From positions 1-34,502 of the forward strand of contig JBPGPT010000063.1 of NCBI GenBank assembly GCA_051047955.1: a DNA stretch of 34,502 bases, read 5' to 3'. Origin of the DNA: Cystobasidiomycetes sp. EMM_F5. Taxonomy: Eukaryota. The position numbers were made by a program, and so were the translations under genes. Numbering within the stretch: position 1 is the stretch's first letter; each line of letters begins with the position of its first letter. Positions 24,961 to 34,502 of the stretch are shown piece after piece. The notes under the pieces are model-generated. The model did not search any database and was not told where the DNA came from. It saw only the letters and a program-made list of their open reading frames with translations.

Positions 24961-25133
24961 ATGACACGAGGCGACTGTCGGGGAAAGCCATTCCCACTAC
25001 GCGCTAACGACTAGACACCGATGCAAGTAGTGCGCAGTGCGAGTCTCGTTGTTTGAAAATGAAAGACAAAAGCATCCCATGCCTTGCCGCTCGGCTTTCT
25101 TTCAGCCCAACACCTATGTGAGCCGCAAAAGCC

Positions 25134-26198
25134 ATGTCTTCTGGCGGGAGCGTCAGCGGAGTAACACGCAGGCCGCCAGTGGTCATTCCGACCAACGCAT
25201 CGACGTCCGCTCCCAGCGCTGGCAGCTCGCGTATCGTCGTTCCCAGTACCGCAGGCTCTTCTGAAACCTCTGGCGCCTCAGCTGGCAGCGCAGGCGCTAA
25301 TCGCATCCAGAGACCGACGACTAACAGTATACTCGTCAATCCGTGTCAGGTCGGGCTCGTTTTGCCTAGATTGATTGAGGTAGACTGACGCCGGCAACAG
25401 AAAGGCAATCCGATAATCAACTATATCCGCAACGTAGCGTGGGAGTACGACGATATCCTCGTTGACTACTCGGTCGGAGCTACGACCGGCGTGCTGTATC
25501 TCAGGTGGGCACCCAGAATTGCAGCTCGTCAGGATCTCGTCTCTGAGAAACATCGTTCAGCCTACGATACCATCGACTGCATCCAGAATACGTGCATGGA
25601 CGTATCGCCAAGCTGGGTAACGCCTACTCTTTGCGCGTCCTCCTCGTGTCGGTCGACGTCGATGACCACCAAGAAGTGCTCAAAGAGCTCACAAAAGTAT
25701 CCGTCATCAACAATCTGACCATTATGCTGGCTTGGTCGTGTGTCCGCCTTGCATTGCATTGCGCTGTGCATGACAGTGCTGACTCGCCGATGGTGTAGGT
25801 CGCAAGAAGCAGGAAGATATCTCGAAATATACAAGTCGTTTGAGCGAAAGCCCCCGGACCTTATAAAGGAAAGACGCGATAACGATTACATGTCACACAT
25901 GAATGCAATCATGACTAATGTTCGGGGCATCAACAAGACAGATGTCGTTACACTCACTAGCAATTTCGGGGTAAGCCTATCTGAAAAGGGTTGCAGATGT
26001 CGGCTAACGTAAAGCTCGGCGTTCCTTCAGTCATTTCGTAACATTGCACTCGCTTCAGCCGACGACCTCGTAGGATGTCCAGGTTTGGGAGAAAAGAAGG
26101 TGAAGCGATTGCGCGAGAATTTCACTGCTCCTCTCATGGTCAAGAAGCGAAAGAGCAACGCGGAAAAGCGTGCAGAAGCTGGAAATGCATTAAACTGA
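25134..26198 (+). CDS. ERCC1: DNA excision repair protein ERCC1/Rad10/Swi10
   Basis: The spliced product reads ...NSILVNPCQ-KGNPIINYIRNVAWEYDDILVDYSVGATTGVLYLS-LRYHRLHPEYVHGRIAKLG...RVLLVSVDV...[29 protein letters not shown]...VRGINKTDVVTLTSNFG-SFRNIALASADDLVGCPGLGEKKVKRL (C-terminal HhH2). Four GT-AG introns are predicted. Confidence 0.93.
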
Positions 26199-26258
26199 TG
26201 CCTCCAACTTGCGTATGTTCACTTCCGCTGGCATCGTTGAGATGCATATACAAAACAA

Positions 26259-27565
26259 TCATCGACACGGTTGAAGACCCAAGGCTTCCTCGATCTGCGG
26301 CTGTGTCAGGAACCAGCGCTCCTGAAGGCTTGTATCGAGTAACGCGTTGTCCAGCTCCTCGAATTTATCACTATGGCCAAGGAATGCCTCTTTGGACTCT
26401 TTCAGTGAATAAGGCTGTACAATGGCTCTGACAATGCCTTCTGCGCCTAGTGCAGCGCCAGCCCATCAGCAGCGTATCGGCTTCCAGGAAAGTCGCCGAC
26501 TTACCCTTTTCCAGAGAAGTAGCGAAAGGAGTCCATCGCATGAGCATACTGCCTACCTGGCCCAATAAACCAAACTCTCGCCCCAGTCTGGTAGCTGGGA
26601 CGAAGCCTAAGGGGCGCTCAGTGTAATTCTGGTTACAGGAATGCCGAGTGTGATGCTCACCGGGTGACACAGCAATTGTTCCGACATCGATGGGTAGAGA
26701 CCTCCTCCACTTCATCAGACTCAGCAGTTGTATGAATTTGGAGGTGTTGTAGATCTCGAAGGGTGTCGCTACGGTTGTGCCTTTTATGACATCCCCAAAG
26801 GTTGCTTAATGCGCTGCTCAGTCTCCATCTCTGCAGCGGGCAGCGGCTTACTGACATATCTCTGGGACATCTTTATATTTCCTGGACGACACGAATACGA
26901 TTTTAGATGGAGCTTGAGACATGCTCGAAATTAAGAGATGGATCAAGTATTGCTGAGCTGGGATCCGGGAGAATAAGCAACTTGTTGTTTGAGCCTGTGG
27001 CCAGCTAGCCTAGCCTACCAACGTAATTTACGAGGAACGCTTCGCAGTACGGAGCCCGCTCTACGGGCTGCGCGTTGCCTTTGACGATCGCAGCGCAGAG
27101 TAAGAGTGTGTTGATGCTGCTTCCGGGTGTCTCCGCAAGAGTCTTCTGGACACTGTTAGCGAATGTTTGAACAGTTTCGGGCAGCGCAAGGTCAAGGCGA
27201 TGGCACATCAAGGAATGGCGGGGTGCGAGTGATATTGAAGCGTAAGACCTTGTAGCTGCGTCGACTCTGCGGGCTCCGATGATGATTCGGTAAGCTATGT
27301 CGCTCGGGGCAGCATGTAGCAGCTGTCTGACGGCCTCGAAACCCTATCAGCATATAATCAGTCGCTGGCGTCAGAGGCTATCGCAAGGTTGGGGAATTAG
27401 AAGGTAAGCCGAATCTACCAGACCTGATGAAGCGCCTGGTGGTTAGAGGTCGTGTTTAGGTTCAAGCGGTCACGAATCATCCGACGCCGTCAGTCATCCA
27501 CGTCTCCGCAATAATGAATCCATCTCACCTGTTGCGACGATGGTCCACAGCTTGGGCGAAGACAT
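26259..27565 (-). CDS. Short-chain dehydrogenase/reductase (NAD(P)-binding Rossmann fold)
   Basis: The spliced product reads MSSPKLWTIVAT-GASSGL-GFEAVRQLL...IIIGARR...LDLALPETVQTFA...INTLLLCAAI...FLVNYV...KIVFVSS...FEIYNTSKFIQ (YxxxK)...IAVSPG-FVPATRLGRE. The TGxxxGxG motif is split by a 17-nt exon at 27419-27435. The 3' exon boundaries are less certain. Confidence 0.8.
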
Positions 27566-27806
27566 TGTACGGAGGTCGGAGAAGGTGGAGAAGCGTCGAA
27601 AGATGGTTATCGTAGAATTGACAAGTTCGGAACAGCACGCACAAGCCAACTGATTACACATTGCCGTTCAAGAGACTGAAGATTGGTCAATCAGTGGACA
27701 CTCTTTGGCAGGTCAGACCGTCCGAGATGCGGAAATTGCTTTCTTCTAGCAACAACGCTGTGAAGACTAAGGAGCTCTGACAGTGTGTACATGAAAGGCG
27801 GCAATC

Positions 27807-28696
27807 CTATGACATTAGGCGTATGTATGCTGAAAGTGGAGTAGTATGAGATTGAGTACCCTTATCACGCACAAATGGATGCCACTTACCGAGTAACAAT
27901 GCACCGATACCTGTAGTAGAACCAACGATGTATTGAAGGATGGAAAACTTTGCGCTCTCCATGGAACCTAAAGAGCCATAAGTGATCTTTCAGCAATTGA
28001 CGCTTAATGCGTACTTACCACGAATCATGGCAATTTCGCCTTCTATACGCGTTTCGGTTTCCTTGATCTTGCTGTCGCGCATAGACAGCTCGTCTCTCAA
28101 CCGACCCTTCTCCAGATTCAGATCGAGTCGTACACCTGCTTGCGTTCGGCCAACCTGCGGGCGTACATTTCTATTAGAAGATGGGTACAACGTACCTGAG
28201 CATGGCCATGACCTACCTCTTCCCGTAATCGCTGTTTGAGCCTCTCCACCTCGTTCATGAGCCGCTCGTTCTCCGCCTTGAGCTCTGCAAAGTCCTGTTT
28301 CTCCAGGAGGGTAATCTCGCTTTTGAGCTTCTGGAAATCGACCCTCTGCGTGTACTGGTGCTTTTCCTGCTCTGACCGCGTCACCAGATTGCTCGTCATG
28401 GTTCGTATGCTCTCTTCAACAACTTCCTGGAGGGCTTCCATGATTCCGACAGCCTGTTTGCGTGTGAGGCCCTCTCGCTCGACCCTGCTGACGAATTGGG
28501 CCGTGTCGAAGGAATACTGCGCTCGTCTTGGGCGCGTTAGATGTAGAGAGCGTCTAGAGAGTATCGTCTTGGGTTTGGAGCGTTCAAAGGCTGCGGTTCT
28601 GGCTGGGCATGCAGACTTGAGCTCGCTCGAAGCTGGCAACGCGGCCCAGGATCGTGCCAGCGCTCGGAGTGACGGCGGCATGGATGTTTTCGACAT
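27807..28696 (-). CDS. Mitochondrial DUF1640 coiled-coil protein (FMP32/MCUR1/CCDC90-like)
   Basis: An Arg/Ser-rich presequence-like N-terminus is followed by YSFDTAQFVSRVEREGLTRKQAVGIM, YTQRVDFQKLKSEI, LKQRLREE-VGRTQAGVRLDLNLEKGRLRDE and a C-terminal TM segment KFSILQYIVGSTTGIGALLL-AYIRLMS*. Three introns are predicted. Confidence 0.9.
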
Positions 28697-28810
28697 TTGT
28701 AATGATCCAGGAATTGAAGCTCAATCGTCGTCTTGTGCGCTCGAGTTGGTCGGAAGGTGAGCCGCCAAAGGTCCTTGCAGCTTGGATTCCGGACAACCAA
28801 TGTCGAGAAA

Positions 28811-30616
28811 ATGGATGTTACGCTGCCGTCGCACAAGATAAAGAGTGTGCTCTGACTGGAATGGCAGCACTGAAAAGCGCTCCAGCGTCCTGACTTTTTT
28901 TTTGGTCTTGTTGTGTCGCAAACAGCCTTTACGAGAAGCCTAGCATGCCTGACGAGATTCGGAGACGAACTGGCCGTCCACGCCAGTCTGACCAGTGTCA
29001 GCTGATGTTTCTTTTTGGCGGCTAACGGATGGCTGACTGCGTTTTGGTGTCACTTTGTGCAATATACCGCCCCGCGTCCAGCTCAAGCTATCCACAATCT
29101 CAAACACCCGCTCGGCGTTCTGTCTCTTTACCTTTGAAGCCGCATACTTTTCAAAGTACCGCATAACCGCCGCATCCCGCGATGGGCCGCCGGCATGCCA
29201 GATGCAACTTCTCGGAAAGGTTGGCCTGCTCGACTGAGCTAGTTTTGCGCTAGAATTGACATGTGTGTGTTGGGTCGCGACGCAGACTCTACACGACATT
29301 TTCAAGCAAAGAACTATCGCATCAGCAAACAAAATTGTCATACACGTACCTGCCAGCGACTTTGACCAGGCAGAGCATCATCGGGCCCGCAACGACGTCG
29401 ACAGTGACGAAGTACCGGCTGCCGAGTGCCGGTTGACAGTCACAATATATCATTCACATGGCGTCAAAAAGACGTATCGCCTGACCTATGCAGCTGGACC
29501 GTGCATAGTGGCAGTTGCCGACAAGAACAGCTGCGCTTCCCACTTCACTGCATCTCCGCGCCTGATCAAAGACTGGACAGACCATTTTATGCTCGGAAAG
29601 CATGGAACTGATGAAGTTACCTTTTGGTGTACCGGACAGACGTGTAAAATAAAAAGCTTCGAAGACGCCTCAGCTGCGGCAGAGTCTTCTCGGCGCAACG
29701 GTTCTGCCAAAGATCAGCTCGGTGGTAAACAGTCCATCTCAACGACTCTCACGGTAGTGACAGACGAGTTTGACGCATACGATATGGGAAACGAACAAGC
29801 TCTCATAACGATTGCGCTGAAAGAGATCAAAGCGCTCCTGGACTTCGCCATAGGCATGGGCGATGTGCTGCATTGGCACTTTGACCAAGGAGGACAGTGA
29901 GTATATCGCGCAAGGTCATCAGCAGGCACTTCGACCTGACCAGACTCCCCAGGCCGTTGATAGTAACGCTGGAAAGTGATGGCTTACAGATCGAATTCAT
30001 CATGAGTACAAATGAAGAAGACCCCGCTGGCATACAAAGGGAGCAGGACGTCAAACCTCGCTTATCGCAGACTAGACTGTCTAGTGTCAGGGTGGCCAAC
30101 CCAGAGCAGCGATCGAATCAAGCATCGGCGACACAGACGCCAGCACCTTCCGGCAGGCCGCAGAGCACACCGAAGGAGCCGCCAGCTGGCCGACAAAATG
30201 GCAGGGCTCAACAACCCCTGTTTGCTCCGCCTGACGAAGACGGAGACAACGACGAGGATATGTGGAATGAGATGGACGCAGCTGACCCAACATTCAGTCA
30301 AGTTGCGATGGATCTAGAAATGACGGTGTCGCAGCATCCGGAGCCCTCGGCCCGCTCTGCTGGTAACGAAACAGACGAAACAGACAGAGCCGACGCATCC
30401 GCAATCGGGCACACTGCATCCATACAGCCGCTGCCAATTGCTCGGCCGCAAATGATCGACATGAGTCTGGATGAGAGCGCAAGCGAAGGCTCGGAGACCG
30501 ATCAAAGTGACACGCCCCGCAAGCGGCCGCGAAAGGTATGTATTCGTCAACAACAGGCTAGCAGCTGCTGATTTGATGATAGACCATTGACCTAGGCGTT
30601 ACGTAGGAGACTGTGA
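28811..30616 (+). CDS. RAD9: 9-1-1 checkpoint clamp subunit Rad9 (S. pombe Rad9/human RAD9A/Ddc1 family)
   Basis: The spliced product reads MDVTLPSHKIK-TFTRSLACLTRFGDEL...LKLSTISNTRSAFCLFTFEAAYFSKY...CQMQLLGK-TLHDIFK...CRLTVTIYHSHGVKKTYRLTY...EFDAYD...ITIALKEIKALLDFA...FDQGGQ-PL. This matches the PCNA-like Rad9 pattern and ends in a disordered acidic tail with a basic PRKRPRK motif. Confidence 0.88.
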
Positions 30617-30756
30617 TGAAAACCGCATCCCGAACAGAGCAAGTAGCAGCAGCAGATAAAAATTTGGAAGCAACAACAGCAACAGCAGAAAATAACTGGA
30701 ACTCAAAGGTACAGTTGTAGATACACCACAACCTCAATCATACCTGATTGAATAGG

Positions 30757-33700
30757 CTAAGAAGCCTGGTAGGTGACATCTGTAAAAAGCTTCCACGCCT
30801 TGGTACTCAATGCCTGTCCGATAGATCGTGCAGACACCTGATCTTCGCCGGCCAATAAAGTCTGGCGCATGATCCAGCATTCGCCGTAAGTACCCTTGCC
30901 TTTGCCTGCCGCCCGCTCAGCGGAAGTCTGGTCGGCATCCGCAGCGATCGCACGTTGCAAGTCTGAGAAAAAGAAGGCAGGCGTGGGGAACCTCTCGACG
31001 AAACGCTGCGTAAGCTCCGGCGACATCTGTTGAATTGAAACTAGTAGATGCGATAGACATCGAGCGCTGTCAGCTATTGTCTCCTACCAAATCTACACTT
31101 GTTAACTTACGAACCATCTTTGCCCACCCCGCTGCGAGAGTGTGCGGTTTCTGATTGAATCGCGAATGTGACTCGAATGTCGGACAGAAGCTTTTGGTGG
31201 GGTAGTCCTTCCTCAGACGCTCAGTGGTCGGGAGGAAATTGCTTTGTGTGAGCGCCTTGTCCGGCAGCATGTAAAGCGTAGTGTACTGTCAAAATGTCTC
31301 TGTGCGTAAGACCGCATAAGACTGCTGATGATCGTCTACACACACCTTGTATATTTCGGCGAGCACGTGTGTCATGCTGGCCAAGTGTTGGCAAACTTCC
31401 TTGCGAGAATTTGCGACTTGGACTTTAAATCCACTGTGCAACGATTTGAGTATAGCTACGTGGTAGCTGTAGCAAGCCCAAACTTACTCGGTCACCTGCA
31501 ATGATGATTTGATGGTGGCAATCTGCGCAGAATAGTAATTCTCCTTCTTGCTGAGATCGTAGTTTTCGATGAGATACGTCTACGGGCAGCGGCATCAGTA
31601 ATCTATTTCCGTTTGCTGCTCACGCCAAGCGCACTATTCTGGATATGCCGCTCTTCTTCATACGATTCTTCTGCTCCGAATACCGGCCATCTACAGCACG
31701 ACATTTTAGCCCCAAGTCAGACGATTCTCAATGGATCACACACCCTTCAAGCTATCTATCAGATCATCTGTACGCTTGCGCTCCAGACAGCAATCTAGAA
31801 CGAGCTCTCTGGCTGTGGTCTTGCATCGCGCGATCCAGATAGCGTCGCTGGTTGCCAGGACTCGGGATTCCCATACAATCCCTTGCTTGATCAGCAACTT
31901 TCCAAGTTCCTTGCCTTTGGTCACGGCTTTCTCGCGCATATCGAGGAGAAGGACGATGTCGTATGAGCCCGCTGGAAAGGTGACCAAGTCTTTGGGATTG
32001 ATACTGAGCGGTGAGGTGGACTCATTGAGGTACCCATAAGCAGCAGTTGCAACAGTTGTGGAAACAGGTCTGAAGGATGCGCTTTGTTGAGAAGAGGTTG
32101 CACCGATCGATTGCTCCCCATTTCCAGTCGTCTGAGCGCGACGCGCAAGGGCAGCCTGTAGAGACCGGTTGACAGGCGCAACCGGACGATCGGTCTCGTT
32201 TTCCGTATCCGTGTCGAGGTCAATCACTTGCGGTTGTGGCAGTTTGGTCGGCTTCCCCGATCGAGCGGCCTCGTGTTTAGTCGACGGAGACGAAGTCTCA
32301 GGTGGCAGTATGGGACGCGCTGAGGTCGAGGGAGCAGGCTTTCGGGCTGGTGACTTGGCATCCGTGGGACGATTGAGGGGAACAGGACGAGCTTCCCTTT
32401 GAGCAATTGGCGGATCAAAGCCAGGCGCCGTCTCAAAGCTACGAGCAGCCGGTATGAGTGCAGAAAACGTCTGCTCTCCTTGTCGACCGCCCGGATTATT
32501 GAATGGAGTAATGGCTGAGAGAAGCTTGGTAAATACGTGATTGCGCTGAGATTCGGGAAACTCAATCAGAAACTGCGGTGTATCTAGCGGAATGCTAGAT
32601 CAGCGAAATGCCGATAATATAGTAAGTTTGACACGCACAGTCGTTTTCATCGATGGAGACATCGGCATCATCGCGCTGTTTCACCCGTTCATGCCGTATA
32701 TTGAGGTAAAAGTAGAAGAATGGCGCTGTGCTCGCAGAAGTCCACAATAAGTACCTGGTATGACCTGGCTTCGACATTGATACGTACCCGCTAGATTCGA
32801 GTCAGATTGCCGTGGTCTAACGGTCGCCGCAGCACGCTGTGTGCCGTTCACTTGCTCTGATGCTCTGCTGTGCGTGGTCGACTGTGTACGACGCTTCGGA
32901 CTGTCGTGCTCAACGTGTGCATTGCCATCTGTATCGTCATCGGATGATGCAACATTGGCAAATACCGGCAACGCCGCCCTTGCCTGCTCATCGAAATGAG
33001 GAGCAGCCTTTGCGTTCTGTACAGCTTTGCGTGCTATCTTCCAGCCTGTGCACGACATGGATGGGGTTAGGGCGCGCGCACGAACGACGTAGGTTGAATG
33101 TACCTACCATCGTACGTTATGCGGTACAGGACGGGCGCCCTGCCCTTCTTCTCGACGAGACCCTTCTTGCACAACGTCTTGTTCATCGATGACCACCCCG
33201 AGTAGCCATAGTGGCCGGCACCGCCTGTCGACTTGTCTTGGTCGTTGAGCGAGTCGCCGTCGTCCTTGAAGAATGCGTCTGCCCTGTCTACAATGTGCTG
33301 CTCGGTCTCCCAGGCGCCAGTACCGTAGGAAGCGAGGCCAACGAGGATGGCGTACGGGCCCGACTTTGCTCTTGGAATGTATGGCTTTTTCGGTCTGTCC
33401 TTCTTCATGGGGGATGTGTCTACGTCGTTGTTGGGGTTGTCGTTTGGCTCGTCGTCGTCCTTCTTGTCGTCGTCGTCGTCGTCACCATCGCCCATCTTCT
33501 TTCGCTTCTTGTTGGTCGTGCCCGTCTTGCTCTTTATCGTCTTGTCTGCTTTGTCCTGCCACGTCTCCACCTCGGCGACGGGCATGTCGAGGCCGTGCTC
33601 TCTGCAGTACCTCTCGAGACGTTCTGTGAGGTACTGAATCGTCTTTTTGCCCACTCCTTCGAGGGTGGATGCCCCGCTTGGGTGTGCTATCGGAACTGGA

Positions 33701-33947
33701 CAGGCCATGAACGACTTGCGCGCCTTTTGGATTGCCTGTAGTATGAAACGGTCAGCGATGTTTCAATCTGCCTCACTGCACCCGCCTTTGCAAAGTACTC
33801 GCTGCGGGTGCTGTCCACCTCGCTCTCCCACTCTTGGAGCCATTCGACTGCATATGGTATATGGTCAGTCTGGTCTGTGTTGTGAATGGTAATCAAAGAC
33901 TTACTCCACAAGGGATTGCCAGGAAGGAGTCGCTTCTTGGGGGCCAT
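30757..33947 (-). CDS. MUS81: Crossover junction endonuclease MUS81
   Basis: It has an N-terminal HhH (AIQKARKSFMACPVPIAHPSGASTLEGVGKKTI) and a winged helix (KKPYIPRAKSGPYAILVGL...YSGWSSMNKTLCKKGLVEKKGRAPVLYRITYDG). The ERCC4 nuclease reads YDIVLLLDMRE...SDAIWIAR...LDCCLERKRTDDLIDSLK-DGRYSEQKNRM, containing ERKxxxD. A C-terminal HhH reads SIGQALSTKAW. Many GT-AG introns are predicted. Confidence 0.93.
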
Positions 33948-33979
33948 CCTGGCGAGTAGTTGTCCATGGGAGAGTGTGA

Positions 33980-34112
33980 TGTAAACTAATGTAATCTAAA
34001 CTGACTATCTTGTAATCATCTTGTAATCATCTTGTAATCTAATGAATACTCTGATTACTACGAGATTACTACCTGATTACTACGAGATTACTACCTGATT
34101 ACAATGTTTACA
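33980..34112. repeat. Foldback-like element: inverted arrays of 11-bp-period repeats bounded by imperfect terminal inverted repeats
   Basis: The left arm has TGTAAACTAATGTAATC plus (ATCTTGTAATC)x3, with GTAATC at 33991, 34012, 34023 and 34034. The right arm has GATTAC at 34053, 34064, 34075, 34086 and 34097 (alternating GATTACTACGA/GATTACTACCT) and ends GATTACAATGTTTACA. Confidence 0.8.
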
Positions 34113-34210
34113 ATACTCAGAGCAGAAGCAAGAGACGGTGTAGAAGGATGGACATACGATGACATAAGCCGATTGCTGACTAATCCCGCCCATCCGAGAA
34201 TAGCCGCCAG

Positions 34211-34221
34211 CTCTTTTTATA
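34211..34221 (-). promoter_or_regulatory. Candidate TATA box (TATAAAAAGAG) upstream of MUS81
   Basis: The minus-strand TATAAAAAG lies about 270 bp upstream of the MUS81 ATG. This is a motif match only. Confidence 0.35.
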
Positions 34222-34502
34222 GCCTCCCGTTCCAATTTTGACGACTCGGACGGGCAGCTCACTCGCACAGTCGCATCAAACACACGCACGCTGGGGACAG
34301 CTGCATCGTATTCCTCGGAGCAGCGCGGTCACGGCCGTCTTTTCAGCAGAGCCGTGCGACCTCGGGAAGGCAGGGAACGGGTATCCTCCAACAAGAAGCA
34401 AGATATACCCTTCGAGATAGAGATACAAGGAATATCCGCAAGATATTAAACATATTCTTTGAATTGTATAATCTCCTCCCGCGAATCTACCCTCAATCCG
34501 CA

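Noticed and set aside
33211..33741. Val-rich hydrophobic plus-strand ORFs
   Set aside because: They are antisense to the GAC-rich poly-Asp region of MUS81.
33991..34102. CRISPR-like or telomeric array
   Set aside because: The context is eukaryotic, the 11-bp units lack unique spacers, and there is no G-rich telomeric unit.
34080..34289. Small Cys-containing ORF as a pheromone precursor
   Set aside because: It has no C-terminal CAAX and runs into the non-coding 11-bp repeat array.

Overview
This window is compact, intron-rich fungal genomic DNA, probably basidiomycete. That assignment is inferred from short GT-AG introns with CTRAC/CTAAC branch sites and from the protein style. By manual splicing I reconstructed 13 protein-coding genes: ARPC1/ARC40 (-), FMP27/Hobbit-like bridge lipid-transfer protein (+), NBP35 (-), SAF1-like F-box/RCC1 protein (+), cytidine deaminase (-), centromeric histone CENP-A/Cse4 (+), MAK16 (-), STT3 (+), ERCC1/Rad10 (+), an SDR oxidoreductase (-), an FMP32/MCUR1-like DUF1640 protein (-), the 9-1-1 clamp subunit Rad9 (+) and MUS81 (-). 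Ten of them form five head-to-head pairs. The most striking feature is the splicing of STT3. The Asp of its DxxK motif can only be made by including a single-nucleotide exon (A at 24417), and skipping it creates an immediate stop codon. The same gene also needs 8-nt and 3-nt micro-exons. Other observations are a foldback element with inverted 11-bp arrays just upstream of MUS81, a long-tailed CENP-A with an H3-tail-like cassette exon, a DNA-repair gene neighbourhood, and a degenerate 54-bp tandem repeat in the gene-free left end. No rRNA, tRNA, CRISPR array or autonomous transposon was recognised. All exon structures are predictions from sequence only.
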